From the NCBI RefSeq assembly GCF_900232105.1, contig NZ_LT934425.1:1710001-1742000 (forward strand): a stretch of 32,000 nucleotides of DNA, given 5' to 3'. The notes under the pieces are model-generated. The model was not told the origin of the DNA. It saw nothing but the letters and a program-made list of their open reading frames with translations, and made no database searches. Each line of letters begins with the position of its first letter. The stretch's first letter is position 1. The DNA is from Candidatus Kuenenia stuttgartensis. GTDB taxonomy: Bacteria > Planctomycetota > Brocadiia > Brocadiales > Brocadiaceae. This document shows positions 8,105 through 15,543 of this stretch, in pieces. Position numbers and translations under genes: made by a program.

Positions 8105-9385
8105 ATGGTACTAACTCTTGCCACTCATACATTACGAGAGGCTATTAGAAAAAAAATACCTCACATATTAATTGGCTCCGGCGCCATTATTTTGGCAATA
8201 TCGCCGTTAATTTCATCGGCAAATGAACCCGACGCACTGCCAAAAATAATGCTGATATTGTTTTTTCAGGTAGTGACGGTTTTTTGCATAACCGGAATAA
8301 TCATCTACTCCGCAATTTCGTTACCGTACGATATTGAAAAAAAAACCATTTTTAGTGTTCTTTCAAAACCTGTTTCTCCTTTTAAATTTGTTGCCGGCAA
8401 AACACTTGGTTTTTCATTGTTAGCGGCTTTTATCCTGGCCGTATTGGGTTTTGTCAATATTGTGTTTGTTTTTTGTGCCTCCTCTCACCGGCTATCGGAA
8501 CAAAAAGGATTGTTCAAGGCCCGTAAAGAATTCAATGCTCAGCATTTTCATATTCAGGGGAATGTGCATCGTGAAAAAGAAAGGATTCGCTGGATCATGG
8601 GTGGGGGAGAAGGTGTCGCCGTATGGAACTTTCCCAATTTGCACGAAAAAGCCGAAAAAACCTTTCCCTTTGAAGTGGAACTTCATCTTAAATTGGATAG
8701 CAGCAGGGATATCGCAGATACGATCCCCCTTGCAATTGGAATCGAAGGCATTCACCCGGAAGAAAACAAGACAGAGGTTTTTTCTGCAAAGGCAGACGAA
8801 ATATTAACGGTCAGCATAAACCCGGGAATCATAAAAACACACAACGATATTAAAATAACCGCTTTTCCGGTTCTTGTTACTGATTATATTGGCGCTACAC
8901 AAAACAGTGTGAAGGTCTTCTCCCTGCAAAGAGGATTTGTATTCAACTATGCGAAGGCAATAGCCGTAACCTTTTTGAAATTTTTACTGATAATCGCGGT
9001 TGCCGTAATGGGTTCTGCATATCTCTCCGCGCCGGTCAGCATTTTATTGGCATTTACTGTCTTCCTATGCGGACATTTACTGGATTTCGTAAAAGACTTT
9101 TCATTATTATTGCATCATTCCGGCACACATGAACACGCATTACATGGGATGATAAAAAACCCAAATATCTTTATGATATATATGGAGTATTTCTCTAAAA
9201 AACCCTTAGAATGGGTTTCGTTTATTTTGCCTGATTTTAAAAGATTTGACAGCCTGGCATATCTTTTAAAGGGTATAAATATCCCTTTAGAAACCATTGG
9301 ATTCTCTGTGCAATATACGGTAATATACGTACTAATTTGTACTCTTATTTCTTGCATACTATTAAAAAAGAGAGAATTCTTTTAA
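8105..9385 (+). CDS. ABC-2 family permease-like membrane protein with a ~160-aa hydrophilic insert
   Basis: Starts 22 nt after the ATPase gene. The N-terminus carries LREAIRKK and SKPVSPFKFVAGKTLGF, typical of NosY/ABC-2 permeases. There are three N-terminal and at least three C-terminal hydrophobic helices. Residues about 125-285 are hydrophilic and look beta-rich. Confidence 0.7.
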   Translation: MVLTLATHTLREAIRKKIPHILIGSGAIILAISPLISSANEPDALPKIMLILFFQVVTVFCITGIIIYSAISLPYDIEKKTIFSVLSKPVSPFKFVAGKTLGFSLLAAFILAVLGFVNIVFVFCASSHRLSEQKGLFKARKEFNAQHFHIQGNVHREKERIRWIMGGGEGVAVWNFPNLHEKAEKTFPFEVELHLKLDSSRDIADTIPLAIGIEGIHPEENKTEVFSAKADEILTVSINPGIIKTHNDIKITAFPVLVTDYIGATQNSVKVFSLQRGFVFNYAKAIAVTFLKFLLIIAVAVMGSAYLSAPVSILLAFTVFLCGHLLDFVKDFSLLLHHSGTHEHALHGMIKNPNIFMIYMEYFSKKPLEWVSFILPDFKRFDSLAYLLKGINIPLETIGFSVQYTVIYVLICTLISCILLKKREFF

Positions 9386-9392
9386 GTACGGA

Positions 9393-10229
9393 ATGCTGCG
9401 AAAAAGGCGCTTATTTTTATATGCACTGCTATGTATCATCTTTTTTGTCAATATAGGTGTAATTTCTTACCGGAATAATTCAACAGCAACGCCAGTGAAT
9501 TATTCTCCTGCCGAAACAATTCCTTTGCTTTTGTCCGGCGGGCTTCGTGGCATTGTCGTTGACCTTCTGTGGGTAAGGGCGCTTGCCAGGCACGAGGAGA
9601 AAAAATATTATGAATTGTTGACTATTAACAATCTCATATCTAAATTACAGCCTGATTTTCCTGCGGTTTGGATCTTTCAGGCATGGAATATGGCATATAA
9701 TATCGCCCATGAATGGGATTCGCCGCAAAACAAATGGAAATGGGTCAGCGCTGGATTGCATTTCGCAAAGAAAGGGGCGTTGAAAAATCCCGGGAGCGGT
9801 GATCTTTTTTTTGAATTAGGGTTTATGTATGCGCATTTGTTTGATCAACGGTACTTTAAATATGCAACATTTAACAGGGAACAATTGAAAAAAGAAGATG
9901 GGGAAGACAATTACGAAGCCGCCCTTTTCTGGATGGGAAAATCTGTTGTAAACGCGCCAAAGCTGAGAAATATCGCTGCGATAGAAAGAACCATTTGCCA
10001 TACCTTGTGGAAAGCGGCGCTATGTGCAGAAGAAGAGGGGAATTTTGGAAGTGCCCTTGATTATGTTGAAACTGCAATAAAGGAATGGAAAGAATATGGC
10101 GAAAAATACCCTGAAGATACGCTGGTAGAGGTAAAAACGTTTATCAAAAAGCTGGAAGAGAAAAAAATGGTTTTGTGCGATACAATAAATAAAGCCGACA
10201 ATTCCGTCTTGCAAGACTGGGAGAAATAA
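9393..10229 (+). CDS. Membrane-anchored helical-repeat protein of unknown function (third gene of the ABC operon)
   Basis: Starts 7 nt after the permease stop. It has a single N-terminal hydrophobic anchor (LFLYALLCIIFFVNIGVISY) followed by alpha-helical, TPR-like sequence (GLRGIVVDLLWVRALARHEEKKYYELLTINNLISKLQPDFPAVWIFQAWNMAYNI). I cannot assign a family. Confidence 0.6.
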   Translation: MLRKRRLFLYALLCIIFFVNIGVISYRNNSTATPVNYSPAETIPLLLSGGLRGIVVDLLWVRALARHEEKKYYELLTINNLISKLQPDFPAVWIFQAWNMAYNIAHEWDSPQNKWKWVSAGLHFAKKGALKNPGSGDLFFELGFMYAHLFDQRYFKYATFNREQLKKEDGEDNYEAALFWMGKSVVNAPKLRNIAAIERTICHTLWKAALCAEEEGNFGSALDYVETAIKEWKEYGEKYPEDTLVEVKTFIKKLEEKKMVLCDTINKADNSVLQDWEK

Positions 10230-10317
10230 ATCTTTTAGTGAATGTGTTGTATTACTTTGCTTCGTTATATTTTTAAATTAAAGAAATGATTGGCAGAAAG
10301 GAGAATAATGTACGTCG

Positions 10318-12720
10318 ATGAATAATTTTTTACGTATTTTTAATCTTATATTTAAAGTCAACCGTGTGAGTATCATAATGATACTTTTGATGTTGACCAT
10401 TTTTATCTTTGGGGCGGTAAAGTCAGATATTTTTTCTCACAATGCCCAGGCTCAAACAGCCGCAAAGATAAGCACGGAGATGCCTGCGTTTGACATCGGG
10501 CACCCCCTAATGTCAACTAAAGGCACAGCAGAAGATAGTTCTCGCTCAATACCTATACTTTGGTGGATTGCCCCGTTTGGAGCAATATGCGGTCTTTTCT
10601 TCGCAATGAAATTTTACAGAGGCGTTATGAAATTTCCGGAGGGCAATGAAAAGATGATTTCCATTGCAATGCACGTACGGAAAGGCGCTTATGCATATCT
10701 AAAACAACAATATAAGGTAATCGGCATCTTTATTGTCGGTGCATTTCTCGTACTTCTTTTCATCTCCTACGGATTAAAACTCCAATCGACAGTAGTGCCT
10801 TTCGCGTTCCTGTCCAGCGCTTTTTTATCGGGATTTGCCGGATTTTTGGGGATGAAAACAGCAACAAATGCAAGTGCAAGAACCGCAGAAGGCGCAAGGA
10901 AATCGTTAAACCAGGGATTACAGATTGCTTTTAGAAGCGGCGCGGTGATGGGGCTTGTAGTTGTGGGAATGGGGCTTCTGGATATTTCCTTGTGGTTTTT
11001 TGTGTTTCGCAAATTTACCAATTTTACCTTGCTGGATATGGCGATGATGTTACCGTGTTTTGGCATAGGCGCAAGCTCTCAGGCACTATTTGCCAGGGTT
11101 GGCGGTGGAATATTCACCAAAGCCGCAGATGTCGGGGCCGACCTGGTAGGAAAAATAGAGGCGGGCATTCCTGAAGATGACCCGAGAAATCCTGCGACCA
11201 TTGCGGATAACGTCGGCGACAATGTTGGCGACGTGGCAGGCATGGGAGCTGATTTGTATGAATCCTATTACAATTCAATGCTGGCATGCGCTGCATTGGC
11301 AATAACCGCAGGTTTAGGCATCGCCGGAATGGTTGTGCCCATGATATTGGCGGGAGTAGGTATTATTCTCTCCATTATAGGCATATATACGGTGAAGACA
11401 AAAGAAGAGGCGACGCAAAAAGAACTTTTGAAAGCCTTGGGGAAAGGAGTTAACATAAGTTCGATTCTGATACTGATAACATCGGCAATCGTTATTAAAT
11501 TTATGCTGCCCCAAAACTTCGGTGTTTGGGGTTCCATATTTACCGGATTAATTGCCGGTATAATTATTGGCAAAGGTACAGAATATTATACCTCCTCAAA
11601 TTATTCACCAACAAAAGGCATAGCGGGGCATGCGAAAACAGGCCCTGCGACGGTTATCATCGATGGCATTGCAACGGGCATGAAATCTACTATTATCCCT
11701 GTGGTAACAATTTCGGTTGCAATTTTATTAAGCTTTGGCTTTGCCGGTGGTTTCGCAAATACTTCACTCGGCCTGTATGGCATTGCCATTGCCGCAGTAA
11801 GCATGCTTTCCACGCTAGGCATTACTCTTGCTACCGATGCCTATGGGCCAATTGCGGACAATGCAGGCGGTAACGCGGAGATGAGCGGGCTTGAGCCGTA
11901 CGTCAGGGAAAGAACAGATGCACTGGATGCCTTAGGAAACACAACGGCTGCCACAGGGAAAGGGTTTGCGATTGGGTCGGCCGCTTTAACCGCAATGGCA
12001 TTGATTGCGTCATTTGTAGAGCAGGTAAAAATAGGATTGGAGCGTGCAGGAACACATGTCATACAGGTTGCCGGCATAAACATTGACATAGCAAAAGCAA
12101 CCTTAGCCGACCTTATGGCCTCTATGAATATTACCTTAATTAATCCAAAGGTGTTGGTCGGTTTATTTATTGGGGGGTTAATCTCCTTTGTCTTTTGCGC
12201 ATTGACAATGAAGGCTGTAGGGCGTGCCGCGGGTAGTATGGTAGAGGAGGTAAGAAGGCAATTCCGCGAAATTCCTGGTATTATGGAGGGGAAAAACCCG
12301 CCGGATTACGCCGCATGCGTCTCCATAAGCACTAAGGGCGCTCAGAGAGAAATGATACTTCCATCTGTACTTGCGCTTCTGACCCCAATTGCAACCGGTT
12401 TAATACTGGGGGTGCCTGGCATTGTGGGTCTCCTGGCGGGAAGCTTAACGACCGGATTTCTGCTGGCCGTTTTCATGGCAAACGCCGGCGGCGCATGGGA
12501 TAACGCAAAAAAATATATCGAAGGCGGTGCATTTGGCGGAAAAGGCTCTGATGCGCATAAAGCAGCCGTAGTGGGAGATACGGTAGGGGATCCGTTCAAA
12601 GATACTTCTGGCCCGTCGTTAAATATTTTATTAAAGCTGATGTCAGTAGTATCAGTCGTCTTTGCAGGAATCACTCTTAAATATTCGGAACAAATCAGCG
12701 CTTTTTTACACCTTAATTAG
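10318..12720 (+). CDS. hppA: Membrane-bound proton/sodium-translocating pyrophosphatase, K+-dependent subfamily
   Basis: Motifs GGIFTKAADVGADLVGKIEAGIPEDDPRNPATIADNVGDNVGDVAGMGADLYESY, DAYGPIADNAGG, GGAWDNAKKYIE and GDTVGDPFKDTSGPSLNIL. GNTTAATGKGFAIGSAAL has Ala rather than Lys at the position used to separate K+-dependent from K+-independent enzymes. The start codon is uncertain (see finding). Confidence 0.95.
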   Translation: MNNFLRIFNLIFKVNRVSIIMILLMLTIFIFGAVKSDIFSHNAQAQTAAKISTEMPAFDIGHPLMSTKGTAEDSSRSIPILWWIAPFGAICGLFFAMKFYRGVMKFPEGNEKMISIAMHVRKGAYAYLKQQYKVIGIFIVGAFLVLLFISYGLKLQSTVVPFAFLSSAFLSGFAGFLGMKTATNASARTAEGARKSLNQGLQIAFRSGAVMGLVVVGMGLLDISLWFFVFRKFTNFTLLDMAMMLPCFGIGASSQALFARVGGGIFTKAADVGADLVGKIEAGIPEDDPRNPATIADNVGDNVGDVAGMGADLYESYYNSMLACAALAITAGLGIAGMVVPMILAGVGIILSIIGIYTVKTKEEATQKELLKALGKGVNISSILILITSAIVIKFMLPQNFGVWGSIFTGLIAGIIIGKGTEYYTSSNYSPTKGIAGHAKTGPATVIIDGIATGMKSTIIPVVTISVAILLSFGFAGGFANTSLGLYGIAIAAVSMLSTLGITLATDAYGPIADNAGGNAEMSGLEPYVRERTDALDALGNTTAATGKGFAIGSAALTAMALIASFVEQVKIGLERAGTHVIQVAGINIDIAKATLADLMASMNITLINPKVLVGLFIGGLISFVFCALTMKAVGRAAGSMVEEVRRQFREIPGIMEGKNPPDYAACVSISTKGAQREMILPSVLALLTPIATGLILGVPGIVGLLAGSLTTGFLLAVFMANAGGAWDNAKKYIEGGAFGGKGSDAHKAAVVGDTVGDPFKDTSGPSLNILLKLMSVVSVVFAGITLKYSEQISAFLHLN

Positions 12721-12729
12721 CGGTAACTA

Positions 12730-12767
12730 AAGCATGGCGTTGAATTGAAACATTCAGCGCCATGCTT
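12730..12767 (+). terminator. Stem-loop immediately after hppA (possible terminator, weak U-tract)
   Basis: aagcatggcgttgaat / tgaaac / attcagcgccatgctt forms a 16-bp stem with one G-U pair, 10 nt after the TAG stop. It is followed by atatata rather than a clean T-run. Confidence 0.45.
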
Positions 12768-12770
12768 ATA

Positions 12771-12900
12771 TATACCTTACGAGTGCACAAATTGTGCTTT
12801 CAATTGTAGAGCGAAGAGTCTCTTCGCTTACTCTATATATTGGTATCAGCAAAGTGGTACTTCGCTCTACATTTCGTAATTTGTGCACTCGTAAGGTATA
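12771..12900. repeat. 130-bp nested palindromic element (23-bp perfect terminal inverted repeats around GTAG-headed hairpins)
   Basis: tataccttacgagtgcacaaatt (12771-12793) is the exact reverse complement of 12878-12900. The inner pair tgtagagcgaag (12806-12817) / cttcgctctaca (12860-12871) also matches. There is a local hairpin agcgaaga-gtc-tcttcgct. Confidence 0.85.
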
Positions 12901-12911
12901 GTCAAACAAAT

Positions 12912-13073
12912 AGTACACTTTAGTCTTTTGAAACTGGAAATAATGATTTGTAGTGCGACGAGGTTCGTCGCATTGTTTTGAGTAGACCCTATTCCTTATC
13001 GCACTGTTTTTTTTGGTGCGACGAACCTCGTCGCACTACATTGCTGGAATTTTTCAAAAAACTAAAGTGCTAC
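12912..13073. repeat. ~160-bp nested palindromic element: inverted doublet of identical GTAG-headed palindromes (REPIN-like) inside an outer inverted repeat
   Basis: tgtagtgcgacgaggttcgtcgca (12949-12972) is the exact reverse complement of 13017-13040. The outer arms cactttagtcttttgaaa (about 12916-12933) and tttcaaaaaactaaagtg (about 13051-13068) are near-complementary. Confidence 0.85.
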
Positions 13074-13166
13074 AATAAACCTGTTTAACCGTGGCAGGTA
13101 GTAGTATTTTTTAACTGCAACAGTCCTTTACAAAATTGCGGTCGTTTAAAGAGAGGAGGTAAAATT

Positions 13167-13409
13167 ATGGCGAATAATAGCCACGCGGAAGCAGAGTGCA
13201 AAATATGCCCTAATTCTCATTGCCAGTTTGATCATCATGCAAAAGGCGCAAATTTTTGTATTTTATGCGGAACGCTTTTGTATTACAGGTGCGATGATTG
13301 TGCATCCGTAAATCCCAAATACGCAAAGTTTTGTTTCTATTGCGGGAGCAACATTGCGGATGTCGAATCCTCAGCACACTATAATCCGGGTTTCGAAGAT
13401 GCTTTGTAA
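13167..13409 (+). CDS. Small zinc-ribbon protein (80 aa)
   Basis: Strong SD (agagaggaggt) 7 nt upstream of the ATG. Cys/His pairs CKIC...HC, CILCG, CDDC and CFYCG are arranged as a double zinc ribbon. Confidence 0.7.
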   Translation: MANNSHAEAECKICPNSHCQFDHHAKGANFCILCGTLLYYRCDDCASVNPKYAKFCFYCGSNIADVESSAHYNPGFEDAL

Positions 13410-13447
13410 ACTCAATAAAAAAACTTTATGTTTTAAGGAGAGAAAAA

Positions 13448-13801
13448 ACGTTAGATTCTAAAGAAAAGGCAATTATATTTGCCAGAATTGCAGACGATAA
13501 AAAAGCGGAAGAAATAGTAATATTGGAGGTAAAAGAGGTATCCTTTATTGCCGATTTCTTCGTTATTTGCAGTGGATTGAACAGCCGTCAGTTGCAGGGT
13601 ATTGCAGATGAAGTTGAACTAAAAATGAAAGAGTATGGGATTTATCGTAGCGGCATAGAGGGATATGCGGAGGCGAAATGGATACTAATCGATTATGGAG
13701 ATGTGGTGCTTCACCTTTTTTGCCAGGAAATGCGTCATTTTTATGACCTCGAGCTTTTATGGGGCGACGCACCAAAAATACCATGGAGAACACCTCTGTA
13801 A
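13448..13801 (+). CDS. rsfS: Ribosomal silencing factor RsfS (iojap family); 5' end placed at a non-canonical codon
   Basis: ADFFVICSGLNSRQLQGIADEV, WILIDYGDVVLHLF and FYDLELLWGDAP are RsfS hallmarks. The ORF track starts at TTG 13523, but RsfS-like sequence (LDSKEKAIIFARIADDKKAEEIVILEV) continues in frame upstream to an ACG at 13448, 7 nt after AAGGAG. Confidence 0.8.
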   Translation, partial: TLDSKEKAIIFARIADDKKAEEIVILEVKEVSFIADFFVICSGLNSRQLQGIADEVELKMKEYGIYRSGIEGYAEAKWILIDYGDVVLHLFCQEMRHFYDLELLWGDAPKIPWRTPL

Positions 13802-13813
13802 ACGAGGCGTCCG

Positions 13814-14062
13814 CTAATTATTTCTGCCAGAACGGGTAAAGCTTGTGCGTGCAACCACTGTTTGTCCTGAAATGCCCAGCTTTTGAGCCCTTTTAATATT
13901 TTTTATACGACGGCTTTCTTCACGACGTTTTTTCTCCGAAGGTTTTTCAAAATACGCAATGCGTTTTGACTGGTTAATAATACCTTCTTTATCACACATT
14001 TTCTTGAACCTTCGAAGAGCATCTCTTATGTTTTCATCGGATGTAATCAATATTTTTGCCAT
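13814..14062 (-). CDS. rpsU: 30S ribosomal protein S21
   Basis: ENIRDALRRFKKMCDKEGIINQSKRIAYFEKPSEKKRREE matches the S21 consensus. SD aaggag lies upstream of the ATG. A basic C-terminal tail makes it 82 aa. Confidence 0.9.
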   Translation of the reverse strand: MAKILITSDENIRDALRRFKKMCDKEGIINQSKRIAYFEKPSEKKRREESRRIKNIKRAQKLGISGQTVVARTSFTRSGRNN

Positions 14063-14114
14063 AAATCTCCTTAAAGCCTTTCTATAATATTTGGTCTGTA
14101 AAAATTAAAGGATA

Positions 14115-14143
14115 ATTGTAAAACTTATGTCATTATCCGTCAA
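14115..14143 (-). promoter_or_regulatory. Candidate sigma-70 promoter for rpsU
   Basis: On the reverse strand: TTGACG (14143-14138), a 17-nt spacer, then TACAAT (14120-14115), about 50 nt upstream of the rpsU ATG. Confidence 0.5.
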
Positions 14144-14207
14144 GTAAAAAATTGACCTGAACGGTAAATATGTATCAAAATCTATGTCTGCTTCGGAAAA
14201 GAAGCCA

Positions 14208-14229
14208 TGTAGGGCAGGCACTGCCTGCC
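14208..14229. repeat. Solo GTAG-headed palindromic hairpin (REP-like)
   Basis: tgtag-ggcaggca-c-tgcctgcc: an 8-bp perfect stem preceded by TGTAG. Confidence 0.7.
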
Positions 14230-14341
14230 GGAAGTTGGGATGTTACAAGGTACGGTTTACGAAGTGCGATTTAAAATCGTAAATCGTACATCTAATCTGT
14301 CTGTTTCTTGAAAGAGGAAAAAACAACCCTTTACTCTTTGA

Positions 14342-15370
14342 ATGTTTAACGCCATGTTTAACAAGGAAATAATTTACAAACTAACAAACAGAAGGAATTT
14401 GAGCCAGGAAGAAAGCTTTGCCGCTATGACACAAATTATGGAAGGGTATGCGACAGAGTCTCAAATTGCCTCGTTTTTAACTGCCTTATGTATGAAAGGT
14501 GAAACCGTTGATGAAATAACAGGGTGTGCGCTGGCGATACGACAAAAAGCCTTACAGATAAACGCCGGTACAGGGATAATTGTTGACACCTGCGGAACAG
14601 GCGGTGACGCAAAAAACACATTCAATATTTCTACCGCGGCTGCATTTGTTATAGCGGGAGTGGGCATAAAAGTCGCAAAACACGGGAACAAAGCGGTTTC
14701 GGGTAATTGTGGCAGTGCGGATGTTTTGCAGCGGTTGGGTGTTAATATCGCGGCAGATGTAAAAACAGTAGAGAAGTGTATTGAGGCTGCGAATGTTGGA
14801 TTTCTCTTTGCACCTCTTTTACACCAGGCAATGAAACATGCGGGCAAACCAAGAAAGGAAATAGGGATACGGACAATATTTAATCTTATCGGGCCTCTCG
14901 CAAATCCTGCAGGCGCTGTCCACCGTATTCTGGGGGTATATAATGAACACCTGACCTTTATCATTGCGGAAACCCTAAAGCGGTTAGGCGATAAACATGC
15001 TTTTGTTGTACACGGACTTGACGGTCTGGACGAAATCACCGTCACAGGAAAAACAAAAATCTGCGAACTTGCTGACGGCGCAATAAAAAGCTACTATATA
15101 GAACCTCAGGATTTTGGAATAAAAAAATCCAGCCTTTCAGATCTTATGGTAAATTCACCGGAAGAGAGTGCGCTGGCAATGAAAGAGGTATTCAACGGCG
15201 TCCGTAGCCCTAAAAGAGATATTGTCCTTATGAATGCCGCGGCCGCAATCATCACCGGAGGAAAGGCAAAAACCTTCGGAGAGGGAATAGACGTCGCCGG
15301 TCGGTCTATCGATGAAGGAAGGGCGAAAGAATCGCTCCGGAAATTAATCGATATAAGCTGGCAGCGCTAG
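14342..15370 (+). CDS. trpD: Anthranilate phosphoribosyltransferase
   Basis: [70 protein letters not shown]. The start could instead be the second ATG at 14354. Confidence 0.9.
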   Translation: MFNAMFNKEIIYKLTNRRNLSQEESFAAMTQIMEGYATESQIASFLTALCMKGETVDEITGCALAIRQKALQINAGTGIIVDTCGTGGDAKNTFNISTAAAFVIAGVGIKVAKHGNKAVSGNCGSADVLQRLGVNIAADVKTVEKCIEAANVGFLFAPLLHQAMKHAGKPRKEIGIRTIFNLIGPLANPAGAVHRILGVYNEHLTFIIAETLKRLGDKHAFVVHGLDGLDEITVTGKTKICELADGAIKSYYIEPQDFGIKKSSLSDLMVNSPEESALAMKEVFNGVRSPKRDIVLMNAAAAIITGGKAKTFGEGIDVAGRSIDEGRAKESLRKLIDISWQR

Positions 15371-15449
15371 AAGTTACGCCACAAAAAAACCACCTGTTTT
15401 ATTTGTGATAATTATGTTGCTTTTCATACTGAAATTTGTTTCACTACCC

Positions 15450-15543
15450 GAATTCTTTTCATTTTATAAACTTTACACAATCAACCATTCTCGCCAGAAT
15501 TCTTTTCATTTTATAAATCTTACACAATCAACCATTCTCGAAG
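15450..15543. repeat. Tandem direct repeat, 2 x 47 bp, abutting the pdaD ribosome-binding site
   Basis: gaattcttttcattttataaactttacacaatcaaccattctcg (15450-15493) is repeated at 15497-15540, with only a ct/tc swap between copies. Confidence 0.9.

Noticed and set aside
10767-12674. Many 60-115-aa ORFs on both strands inside hppA
   Set aside because: They are all nested in a gene with unmistakable M-PPase motifs. They are typical shadow ORFs of a Gly/Ala-rich coding region.
12771-13073. Possible CRISPR array, given the repeated palindromic units
   Set aside because: The repeats are inverted rather than direct. There are only two per element, the spacing is irregular, and there are no cas genes.
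14461-15045. 194-aa minus-strand ORF
   Set aside because: It is antisense to trpD, whose motifs are unambiguous. No independent signals support it.
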